Below, in pieces: positions 39,211 to 53,551 of a stretch of 64,000 nt of DNA (position 1 is its first letter; each line of letters opens with the position of its first letter). The notes beneath the pieces were generated by a model that searched no databases, had not been told where the DNA came from, and saw only the letters and a list, made by a program, of their open reading frames with translations. The stretch is taken from NCBI RefSeq assembly GCF_009914755.1, contig NC_060929.1; one strand, written 5' to 3'. The position numbers were made by a program, and so were the translations under genes. This stretch comes from the human T2T-CHM13v2.0 reference genome, Homo sapiens.

Positions 39211-39541
<331 letters not shown>

Positions 39542-42404
39542 TCAGATGTACGGTAGGAAATAAAGAAAGAAGCCAAGAATGAGCCCAAGATTTTTGGCCT
39601 GAGCTACCAGGTAAATTGAATCTTAGATGAGGAAAGCTGTAGGAAAAGCAGGCTGGGAGAGAAACCGAGACTTCGGCTCGGTTAAAACGCGTAAAAATAC
39701 GCGTTTACGGAATGAATGAAAGCAGCCGCCGAATGCTGGGCACCCACCCTTCTCACGCTCTTTCATCGCAGTGGAGGGACATCTGCGGTTAAAATGGTTG
39801 AAAAGTGCTTTTTAGTCAAGTCTTTCTCACACACACGCCTCACCCCCACCCCTGGGTTCCAGAGAGAGAGGCCCATAGCTGTGTGACCTTCTCACTTTGT
39901 TTTTACACCTTTAACTTTGTTTTGGCAGCTTTGACCTGAAGGCAGCAGTTCCAACCCGGTTTGTATTCCTGGGTCAAGGAGAGGCTTCCTGCCTGGAACT
40001 CTTCCCCTGGCTCCCCTTGAAACCCCCATCCCTGGGCTTTTCTTTGTATGTAGATCACGGTCCTGCAGTCCCTGGCAAAGGCAGAGGTGGGTTGGGGGCC
40101 TGCAGGGCTGGGAAGTGTGAAGTTTCTCCGCTGTTAGAGGAAGCCCGGGTGATTCAGTGTGCTGGGCGCTATCTTTAGGAAGGAAAACATCACGTAGCGG
40201 GGGATCTCTATCCGGGCCATTTGTCTGCCTGCTCCCTCCCCAGGGAGGTCTTCCCAGAGGCCTGGCAGCCCCTTCCTGCTCTTGCTTAAGCCGTGTGACA
40301 GGCGTCTTTAGTTCTGAATAACTCTAGACCTGTAGATCCAGTTCATCCCCGTCTTGTGTTATTTGAGCAATTCTTGCAGATTTTTCTTTGGTCTCTTTTT
40401 TACGGTGTGCATGTGCATGTAAGGACTAAGTCCGGGAAGCCTGCTAGGTAAAACCACAGTGGAGGCTCAGACCCCCAAATTTCAAACCAGGTTTCAGCTC
40501 AAACATCACCTTCTAAGAGAGGCCTTCCCTGACCACTACCTGCATCATTTGCTACCTTGTTACCGGACTTAATTTCCCTGCAGCATTTTTTACTCTTTAA
40601 AATTATCCTGACCATCTATTTCTTACGTACCTGCTTCTTGTCTGCCTCCTTCACTCTAGAATGTATGCACCCTCCATGATGGTCTTGCTCCTTACATAGC
40701 CTGAGCCCAGGCCTGCCTGGTACATACTGGGCCCTCAGTCAAGGTTAGTTGACCTGGTTGACCTTGACCTGGTTGACCAGCTGTAAGGCCCTCGGGGAAG
40801 GCCAGTCAGCAGGCACTACCTCTGCTCTTGTTTGGATCTCTGCTTACTATAAGAGGATCTGAGTTATAATTTTTCCTTTTTCAGCTGTGGAGCTTCCCTG
40901 ACCCTTTATCAGCAGGCAGTGGGGACTCTGGGGAGCTTTATCAACTCTATGCAAGAGAGAAAGCCACTTTTGTCCCTCCTTTTCCCCTCGAGAGCTTCTC
41001 ATATCATCTCAACCTCTGCCTTCCTGTGTCTCTCTAGATCTGTGCTCTCAATTTGTCCCCACCCCACATATCACTGTGGTTCTCCCCGTCTGCCCTCCGT
41101 TTCTCTATTTCTGTCTCCCTCTTCTCCTCCTTCTCCCTCAGCTCTATGTTTTCTTTCCTTTATTGAGTTCTTACCTCATGGTAAATGCTATACACAGACT
41201 CTCACTGACCTCTGACAAGAGTCCATGTGAGAGAGGTCATTATTACCCCCATTTTCCAGATGGGGAAACTGAGACGTGGGGAGACTCCTTTAGTGTCAAA
41301 GCAGTGCTTGCAGGTTGTTGGGTTTTTTCTTATCCCAAGGTCAGAGAAACTTGGGGAAGTCAGAGCTAGAAGGTGAGAGACAGCTATAAACTGCCTCCAC
41401 CAGGTCATCTGTGTCATCTGCTAACTTCAGCAGATCCTTTTTGGGGAAGAGGTGGTAAGGAAGATGGGAATAAAGCTTTCTTCTTATTCAGTCTACCAGA
41501 AATATGAGCTCTTCAAACTTTAACATGGAGGCAGAAGGGCCAGGATGAATCAGGTTAAACCATGATCTCCCAGACTGCATTTTCAAGAGACGTGTGGGGC
41601 AGCCTTGGAAATAGCTACTCCCCAGCTCGCCTGGCCTGGATAAGTTATTGTTAAAGAGTAAAGGGAAATGATCCTAATGGATTCCGCTTCCGGCCTCCCC
41701 CACGGAGTGGGCTGGTAACCGTTATTTACAAGGCTGCCTTATTCATGGCCACTGAAGCTAGGAGAGGCAGGATGGAGACAGAATCCAACAAATGGTTTAT
41801 TTATATCTACATCCCAGACCTCAAAAGGAAAATTCCCATACTTAGACATTCCTAGATGGCCTGCGACACAGGATATTTAAAGTAACAATGGGCCAAATTC
41901 TTGCTTACATTTTTGGCAGGGCTCCAGTCTGAAAGTCCACAAGAGAAAGACTTGGGCTGTATAACATGGAGGGAGGGGGGACTGTTTCTAATTTGAGACC
42001 TGTTTAAGATCTGACTTCCCCCTCCTTCCTGGAGTTACAAGGAAAATATGATTTTGATTTTAGAGACAACATTCCATGTGATCCACTTTGGAAGATTTTA
42101 GAAGTTGAAGCTCTGTGCCCTCCCCCTTGCCTTTGAGAAAAAGGGGGTTGTTAAAAGAACTAATAGAACACACTTTGAAAAACCCTAGAACTCCTCTTCC
42201 ATTTCTTCTACCTGTGTCAGGGGTTGGCGAGGGGAATAGCCACTACCTATGGGCAGTCTAGTAGCCAAACCCTCTGAATGCTGCAGATGACCATATAGAG
42301 CTGAATATGGTTGTCTACAAAATAGTCATTGAGCCATTTAAAACATGTCTTTGTGACATTAGTTCCAAGGAAAATCTCAGGAAGGGTTTTTAATGGTGAC
42401 TTAT

Positions 42405-42952
<548 letters not shown>

Positions 42953-43179
42953 TAGTGACTTATTGTACTTATAGTCAAGGTGAATTTTTTCCCAATAACT
43001 TTATTGAGGTATGATTGACATATAAAAAGCTGTGCATATTTAATATATACAATTCAATGAGTTATGACCTTCCCGACCCTATGATAATTCTAAACACCAG
43101 CCTTGTAAAGAAATAGAAATATGTACTAGCTCTGTAAGTTAGGAAGCCTTTGGCTGCCAGTCATAAAAATTATCCAGCT

Positions 43180-43693
<514 letters not shown>

Positions 43694-43890
43694 CTATCAA
43701 CCAAGGTGTCTGCCACAGTGGCTGTGATCAAAAAAATGTGGAAGCAATGTAAATGTCTATCAGTGGGGGAGGGGTTCATTCATTAAAAGAAAAGAAAAAA
43801 GTACTGATAGTCAATATAGTGATAACCAATATGGATAACTAGGTAGTGTCTAGAACCTGCAGATAGAGCAGTGAATAAAACTGCCTTTGA

Positions 43891-44190
43891 TTCAGTGGTT
43901 CACGCCTGTAATCCCAGAATTTTGGGAGGCCGAGGTGGGCGGATCATTTGAGGTCAGGAGTTCTAAGCCAGCCTGGCCACAATGGTGAAACCCCGTCTCT
44001 ACTAAAAATACAAAAATTAGCTGGGCGTGGTGGTGGGCGCCTGTAATCCTAGCTACTCAGGAGGCTGAGGCAGGAGAATCGCTTGAACCCAGGAGGCAGA
44101 GGTTGCAGTGAGCAGATGCCAGCCTGGGTGACAGAGCAAGACACCATCTCAAAAATAAATAAATAAATAAAAAATAAGCAAATAAAAATA
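43891..44190 (+). mobile_element. Alu (slightly 5'-truncated)
   Basis: TSD aataaaactgcctttga on both sides. Confidence 0.9.
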
Positions 44191-44553
44191 AAACTGCCTT
44201 TGAAGGGGAAAAGACAGATAGCAAATAAAGTAATGAGCACATGTGTGATATAATTGCAAATTGAAATAAGGACAGCAAAGGAAAAGACAGCAAAGGAAAT
44301 AAGGACAGCAAAGAGAATATCAGGGCAGCCCAGGAAGGCCTTCTTACCTTCCTGAGGGTAAGAAGGAGTGAGCCGTGGGTAAGGGAGTGGAGGACTATGG
44401 AGTATTCCTGGCAGCAGCAAGAGCTTCTGAAGCAGGAAGGGCTCAGAAGCAGGAAAGGGCTGCTTAGCTTCTTGAGAGAGTTATAGGAGGTGTGGGAAGG
44501 GGCACAAGATAAGGGTGGGAGAGGATGGAGGTAGCCAGGGCTAGATTAGGTAG

Positions 44554-44946
<393 letters not shown>

Positions 44947-44949
44947 TAA

Positions 44950-45860
44950 TTATTTTTAAACCCTTTTTATTTTGGAATAATTTTTGATTTACAGAAGAGT
45001 TGCAAAGATGGTACAGAGAATTGCCCTATATTTTTCAGCCAGCTTTCCCTAATTTTAATATCTTACAAAACCATGGTACATTTATCTAAATCAGAAATTA
45101 ACATTGGCACAATCCTGTCTAGATTTTATTCAGATTTTACCAGTTTTTCAACTACTGGCCTTTCTCTGTTCCAGGATCCAGTCCAGGAAAACATTTACTT
45201 ATCATGTTTTTCCCAGTCTGTGACAATTTGTCCGTCTTTCCTTGTTTTTCAGGACCTGGACACTTTTGAACAGTACTGGTGAGGTATTTTGTAGACGGTC
45301 CCTCAATTTGGGTTTGTTGGATGTTTTCTCATGATTAGGTTAAAATTATGAATCTTGGGAAAGAATACCAGAGGTGAAGTGTCCCTCTCACCACATGATA
45401 TCAGGGGTATCTGATAACATGACTTCTTATTTTTGAGGCAGGGTCTCGCTCCATTGCCCAGGCTGGAGTGCACTGGCACCATCATGGCTCACCGCAAGCT
45501 CCAACTCCATGGCTCAAGGGATCCTCCCACCTCAGGCTCGCAAGTAGATGGGATACAGGCGTGCGTCACCATGCCTGGTTAATTTTTTTGGCATTTTTTG
45601 TAGAGACAGAGTTTCACCATGTTGCCCAGGCTGTTTCGAACTCCTGGACTCAAGCAGTCCGTCCACCTCAGCCTCCCAAAGTGCTAGGATTACAGGCGTG
45701 AGCCACTGGGCCTGGCCAATATGACTTATTACTGGTGATGTTTAACCTTCTTCACCAGGTTAAGGTGGCATCTGTCAGGTTGTAAAGTTGCTATTTTTCC
45801 TTTTCATACTCTGTTCTTTGGAAGTGGGTTACTAAGTCCAGCCTACACTCAAGGGGAGGG
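44950..45860 (-). mobile_element. Old L1 3' end (L1MC-like) with an antisense Alu at ~45430-45717
   Basis: L1M-type motif gatttacagaagagttgcaaagatggtacagagaat. Alu flanked by atgactt. Confidence 0.7.
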
Positions 45861-47117
45861 AGAAACTAGAGGGTTTTAAGAAGGGGAGTGACAAGAAAGA
45901 ACTGGATAAATAAATGATGGTCACTGTGTAATACTCCAAGTTGTGCAGATGTGAAGCTTACAGCCCAGTCAAAACTGTGGATTTTAAAGGCAATATCCTT
46001 TTATGTCTCCTCCTGTTTATTTTCTTGGTTATCTTTAAGGTGAATCCCACACCATCTAGGATTTTGCCCTAATTCAGAGATATAGCACTTGGCAGGTCTT
46101 CTGAGGCAAAGGGAACGTCCTGTGCCCCTCAGTGCCTCACAGCCTGCCCTGTGTCTGCCCCTTCCCCCTGACCCCACTTCATGCAGGGACCCAACAAGTC
46201 TCCTGTTTTTGCTCACTGGCCTCCTGGGCAGGGCAAGCAGAGGGTGTGGCTAGTGTGGTCCAGGTGTGGCTAGTGTGGTCCAGGTGAGGTTTGTGGCTGG
46301 GTGTGAGAGCAGAGCCTGTCACAGGAGGCGGTAGAAAGAGGAGGTGATAAGACCATAAAATGAACGACAACACAATACCAGCTATTATAAAAGACAAGGT
46401 GGAGCTAGAGGTGTGGAAGGATATCCATGTGTAATGTTACACAATACACAGAAAAAAGCATTTTGCAGAACGGCTTGGTGCAGTATGATCCCATGTATGG
46501 TTTTAAAGATAGAAGGGCAATGCCTAGCACATAGTAGACGCTCACTATTTGTTAAATGAATCAATGCATGGTATATACCAAAGTGTTACACTAAAGCTGG
46601 GAATACGGTGGGGAGAGTTTTATTTTTCCTGCTGTTTTCCTTTTTGCAATAGTCATGTTATTTTAACATGACATTACTGATCCTTAATGTATCTGTCTGG
46701 TGGCCATACATGCTTTAGAAGGGCCAGGAGAACCACATGGCATAAATTCCTACAGTGGCCTCCTTTTTATTCTTCTTAAAGGTATTCATCACAGGCAAGT
46801 GACAAAGGGAGCTAAGGGGTGGAAATCTACCAGGTTCAGTTTTGGAAACTACGGGTTTTGAAGACCTTTTACAGCCCATGAGTGATTCTACAATGCAGTC
46901 AAGGCTTCCGGCTCAGGCCTCTCCCCCTATACACCAACCGTCCCCATAATTGGTAACCACAAGACACCCTGCTGATGCCTCTTCCCAGTGTCCATGGGTG
47001 GGTGGCTGGGTAGAAAAGCAAGGGTCTAGGGTCAGGCCTACACAACCTTGGGCATATGGTTTCATCTTCTAGATCCTCAGTTTCTTCATCTGTAAAACTG
47101 GGGTTATAAAAGTACTA

Positions 47118-47570
<453 letters not shown>

Positions 47571-49948
47571 TCACATTGTACTCAGCACCCTGGCACATGG
47601 CAAATACTTAAATGTCAGCCATACAAGTTGGAAGCTGGTACTATATCGCTATCATTATGGCTATGCAGTGGAAACACTGCTACATAATCGTAGCAATTTT
47701 TTTTTGAGACAGGGTCTCCCTGTCACCCAGGCTGGAATGCAGTGGCACGATCTTGGCTCACTGCAGCCTCAACCTCCCCAGGCTCAAGTGATCCTCCCAC
47801 TTCAGCCTCCCACAGTGCTGGGATTACAGGTGTGAAACACTGTGCCTGGTCCTAGCCATAGCTATAGGACAGAAATAAAGTTTAAGGCTACATGTCCAAC
47901 TCTCTTTTGACTGTCCTCTCAGTTTATTATTCATTAATTAATACCTTTAATGAATACATTTAATGAGTATCTGCCACTCCTATGCCAGATGCTGTACTGG
48001 AAGCTTCCCAAAAGATGTGAGGTATATTGAAATTACTGGTCCCCCACTCTCACGGCAGTGGGTGAGACCTGGGGAGGACAGAGCCCCTGGATATCAGTGT
48101 CCCTGGAAGTTAACTTGTTGGTTTACCTCAGTGGACAACCCAAATATCACGTTTATGTGGATTGTGAAGAAGGCCGGGAAGCACTAGAGTCGTGGACAAA
48201 AGAGGCCAAGTTGTCTGCTCTCATCGAGCTTATCCCCCAGTGGGGAACAGACAGGCTGCGAACAAGTCAGCAAATCACCGTTCACTGTAGGAGTGGTGGC
48301 AAAGAATCAGATGCAGAACAGGGAGAATCAGGGTATGGCCAAGTGGGAGTGTTACTGATACATCATTAAGGGTGATGTCACTTTTGTAGAATTTTTTTTT
48401 TGGAGACGCTATAGATTGGTTCATAAAACCACAATTTCCTAGAGAGATAGAAAACCTGGCTGCTGTTCTTGGCTTTGCAACTAAGCTTCTGTGGGACCTT
48501 GGGCAAGCCGCTTGTCTCCTCTCAGGGTCTCACATCTCCATCCACAGAACAGAAGTAGGTGGATTAAACCAGTGATTGAACCCTCACATTTTGGGGAGGC
48601 CACTTACCTCTCTGAGAATCTGGAAAGCGTCCCTCAGAAAAAAAGCACACACAAACACACAGAACTTTATCTATAATATCAAAAGGTTCACCAACAGTCC
48701 TCCCTCTTTAACCCCCAATGCCTCAACACACAGACAAATTCTGGGCTAGGAACCACTGGCCTCTACAACCTCAGTCCTTTCTGGGATGATGACTCTGGAA
48801 ACTGCATCTGAGTCACAGGCTTGCGGGGTGGGCATCCTTAGGAAGCCACCAGACGGGGGTTGGGACATTATGATGGTTTGACTTAAAGTGCCCAAGGAGG
48901 CCAGTCAGACCTGACGCCAGCCAGCATCAAGCGCGGAGAGTCCAGCGGGTAGCAGAAATGAGAAAATAGGCGAGGCGTAAGAGACATCAAGGTGCAAACA
49001 CAATGATTGATGGCAACGGGCACCCAGCCCAGGGGAACTGGGCAGTGGCACTTAACTGGGAGAGCTGCTGAAGGAGACTGAAGGGCTGTGCCTGGTTTGG
49101 GAAGGGAAGCTGCCCTTCTGCTCTAGCCCATCGCTGCCTTAGGGAATGGGGGCCCAGCAGGGCAGCTCTCGGTATTTTTCAAGAGAAGTTTTCATCGTAA
49201 TTTGAAACCTCTTAATTTCTGAATGATGACAACCAACAGTTTTTGAAACACTGTGGGCCAAAAGCTTGTGACTTCCTGCCTACGTGGTCCAGACTGCCAG
49301 GCTGAAGATGAAGAAACTGAGGCTAAGAGGAGAGGAGAGGCGAGTTCTTCTATTCTCTGCTCTCCAGTCTTTCAGATATTAACAACAGTTGTCAGTGCTG
49401 GGCTGAGTGCTGTGCAAAGTCACTATCTAATCTTCCAACTACTATTAGAAGGGCAGCCACTTTCCCAAGATCACAGCTAATGAGGGCGGCAGAGCAGTGG
49501 CCCACGCAGCGGGCTGTAAGGCTCTGTGCGCTCTTCCCCACCATGTTGTTCTAAGAGGAGTGGCCAGTGGAAGGAGCAGTCACTTCTCAGAGAGCACCAA
49601 GGCCCATGCCAGGCACACTCTGGGAACTGGCCCTGGCTAGATGGACACTAGTTCTTGAATCCTGTTAGAGGTGCATCTTAGAGTGCTTTAGTAATCCAGG
49701 GCTGGCCAGGGAAATGGTCAAGGCGTGGCCTGGCAGGGTTGAGTGGAGCACTATTTGTAACATGGGGTTCCCCAACTCCTACCCCCTCCACTGCACCCCA
49801 GCTGCTTTGGCTCTCTGGTCCTGCCCCATCCATCTGACTCCAAGGCTGGCACAGGAGGAATGTGTCTTTGCCCCTGGAAGAGCAGGAGTGGCCTGCACCC
49901 CTCTGTCTCTGTGTAATACATCTTTTCCACAAAGCCACCAGATGCTGA

Positions 49949-50336
49949 CTTTTTTTTTTTTTTTTTTGAGATAGGGTCTTACTCTGTTGCCCAGGCTGGA
50001 GTGCAGTGGTATGATCTCTGCTCACTCAGCCTCTGCCTCCCAGGTTCAAGCGATTCTCCCACCTCAGCCTCCTCAGTAGTTGGGATTACTATTGGTGCCA
50101 ACTATTATTAGAAGGGCAGTCACTCTCCCAAGATCACAGCTAGTGAAGGTAGCAGAGTGGTGACTCAAGCAGCGGTCTGTACCTGCCACCATGCCCGGCT
50201 AATTTTTGTATTTTTAGTGGAAACAGAGTTTCACCATGTTGACCAGGCTGGTCTCGAACTCCTGACCTCAAGTGATCTGTCTGCCTCGGCCTCCCAAAGT
50301 GCTGGGATTACAGGTGTGAGCCACCATGCCCAGCCA
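49949..50336 (-). mobile_element. Alu interrupted by a ~90-bp non-Alu insertion
   Basis: The Alu breaks after tgggattac (50089) and resumes at cctgccaccatgcccggc (50182). Confidence 0.88.
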
Positions 50337-51038
50337 GACCCTGACTTTTTGAATTATCTGAAGCAATTTACAGCCCCCTCTCTTCTCTGTAAGATTATTG
50401 CCCCTTCCCCAAATAGTCTCTGGCCATCACAGCCCAAATTATTCTTTCTGTTGTAGAAGAAATCAGGAAAGCTGGCCAAAAGCAATGTCGTGTGGTAATA
50501 GAAGATCCTTCCTGAGATCAGTTTGAGAACAGCGTTGTTGTGGTTCAGTGGTTAGACCTGGGCTCAAGTCCTATCTTGATTAGTCTATGTGTTATTTGTT
50601 GAAACAAACTACATATTCTATCAACTTCTATAGAAGCACAAGTGGGAAGGAAGCCTCTTTCTGGGGACACAGGAAAGCAACCCAGGGCAGGTGCGAATTG
50701 AATTGATCTCAAAGAGGGGGCCTTAGCGAGCAGTGCACTAACTTTGGAGGCATATCCTCGGGTTAAAATTCCAGGTCTACCACTTATCAGCTGTGTGGCC
50801 TTGGGCAAGTGACTTTATCTCTCCGACCTTTGGTTTTCTCCTCTATACAATGGGGTTGATTATATCAACCTAATTTGACTGTTTTCAAGATTGTAAATGA
50901 TGGTCGGGCGGGGTGGCTCACCCTGTAATTCCAGCTACTCAGGAGGCTGAGGCAGAAGAATTGAGTCTGGGAGGCAGAGATTGCAGTGAGCTGAGATCAT
51001 GCCACTCACTGTACTCCAGCCTGAGTGACAGAATGAGA

Positions 51039-51080
<42 letters not shown>

Positions 51081-51221
51081 ATGTATATAAATGATAATGC
51101 ATCTGTGCTCAGAAGTGATAATTACTGTAATGATTATTTTATAAGGCCACTTGGCCACTGTTACCTGAGGGCTTATTAATATTATAGAAGCAATCTAACT
51201 GCTGATTCTAATTAGAACATC

Positions 51222-51570
51222 ACCCAGGTGGGGTACAGTGTCTCACAGCTGTAATCCTAATACTCTAGGAGGCCAAAGAGGGAGGACTGCTTGAGGCCAG
51301 GAGTTCGAGAACAGCGGTTCAAGACCAGCCTGGGCAACATAAGACCCCTGTCTCTCCAAAAAAAAAAAAAAATTAGCTAGGTATGGTGGCACATGTCTGT
51401 AGTCCCAGCTACTCAGGGGCTGAGGTGAGCGGTTCCCCTGAGCCAAGGAAGTAGAGGCTGCGGTAAGCTAAGATCATGCCACTGCACTCCAGCCTGGATG
51501 ACAGTGAGATCCTGCCTCAAAAAAAAAAAACAAAAACAAAAAAACACCAAAAAACAAACAAACAAAAAAA
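51222..51570 (+). mobile_element. Alu (AluJ-like); a separate right-arm fragment lies at ~50902-51045
   Basis: Diverged dimer. Confidence 0.85.
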
Positions 51571-53551
51571 CACGTTACCTAGAGCTCCATTGTCTTCTTC
51601 TGTAGATCATGGTGTTTTTTGTTTTTTTTTTTTTTTTGGTTCAGAGTCCCAAGTCACCCCCTCCACCATGCCCAGTGGGAGGGAAGCCAATGGAGAGAAA
51701 TTTACCTGAGTCTCTTCAGTTACAGGAAAGAAAAGGGCAGGCCTAAGGGAGGAGAAGGTGGGAGAGGAAGGGAACAGGAAGGGTTCCAACCTTTGCAACA
51801 GTTAAATGTTAATATAGGTGTCAGCATAGGAAGTGTCTTCTAATGATAGAAGGAACAGAGGGAGTTTTTCAATCATCTCCTGCTTAACACATACAGATGT
51901 ATTCATAATTATCCCTTGCCTCAGGCCTCAAGGCCCAGGTGGGCTCCAGAAGGCCTGTGTTCCTGCCAGACAAGAGTCCTTAAAGAACATCATGTAGACA
52001 ATTGGAATGCCATTTATCGTGCAAAACACAATAAAACCCCAAACTCTCTTCCTGTCTCACAGACCCATAAATTATGAAAATTATACCTGCCCTAGGCCAT
52101 GGACATATTGTTTTATTAAAGTTCCGATGAATAAACTTAAGGCTCTTAAAAATGTCCTCTTGGCTTTCATCTGGCACACACCTCCAGCATGGAGCTGGCC
52201 GCCTGGGTTCATTTGATTGGTTCACAAACCTACTTTGGAAAGTGGAGCTCACTTCAAGTTGCAGGTTCAGCAAGTGGGAAAGGCTGTCTGGAGAGCTGTA
52301 GGAGGGAGCCAGGGACTCCTGGCCAGATGACGAGGCTGCCTGGGGGGTTCTCTTGTCACCAGCGGCTGCCCCTCTCTCCAGATCGTTCCTTTTTATTGGG
52401 ATGAGCGTCAGGCTTGGTGCCTTCATAGGAGCTGTTTGGTTATGGGTGTGGAGAAGGCTGAATTCTGCTTCTTTCTCCTTAATTTTAAATTTGTTCACGG
52501 GGGAGCCTTTGATCTACTCCATTTTGGGCTTCTTCCTTCTTCCCCAAATGCTAAATCCTTCAGTTGATGTTTTTACCCTCTACCTCTCCATCACATACTG
52601 GGTGCGGGACAACTTCTCTGAGCCTCAGTGTCTGCATCTCTAAGAGGGAAAGAATAGCGTCTGCCATGGATGTTCAGTACCCGGAGAAAAGAAGCCATTC
52701 AATAAATGATGGCCGTTATTACTACTCCAACGCCATTTGATAACTGGGAACCAAAGGCATGGGGCCAGAGGGATGAAGATAAGAGGGGCACATGTGGAAC
52801 TTTTTCTCTGGATACTGCTTGGCTCCTGTTTCCCCAAGAGCATTTGGGTGCCTGAGACGTTCAGCACTCAAACCCTTGTATAGATTTTTGTCATTGTTTT
52901 TAATCTCCAAGCACTAGAAATTGTTAAAGTAGAACCAGGGGTAGGCCTGCCCCATGTGCCCACCCATAAGGAAACCCAAGACTGAATCAAAGTGTGGTGT
53001 ACACGAACTGGGACTGAGCCAATTAAAAAGACGATTATCTCTAAGTGCCAGTGACTTACCTTGTCAGTGAAGCAGGACTTGGAGCATTACCTAACCTTGG
53101 TCCACACTGCAGGAATGGGACAGGCCACATGGTCTGGCCACAGAGCGGGAGGTCAGGGCCTATCTTTATTCTAAAAGTTCTAGAGCAGACAAGCCCACAT
53201 TGAAGAACATCCTTTGTGTCTTCTTGGGCAGTGTCTGGGGATCCTGGCAAGCATTTGGATGTCTCTTAAGAGGAACTCAAGGTTTGGATTTCACAAAGGA
53301 TCCTGGGAGGCCATAATTGGTAACCCCTAGAAAAACCAAGAACCAGACCCACAGTTCCTGATCTGTCTCTACCACTCCCCTTTCTTCCCCCATCCCTCAC
53401 TATTGGTTATTTCCCCCCAATTATTGGTAATAGAAAAAAAAAAACTATTGATTTCTGGAAAACGAGGTACGTGCTCACATGTTCAAAATAAAGTCCAACT
53501 TTCATCCTGATTGGCATATGAATAAAAGGTCATTAAAAAGTTCCCATAGTG

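Noticed and set aside
44263-44315. Repeated gacagcaaag units as a possible CRISPR-like array
   Set aside because: A short degenerate tandem repeat without unique spacers, in eukaryotic DNA with no cas genes.
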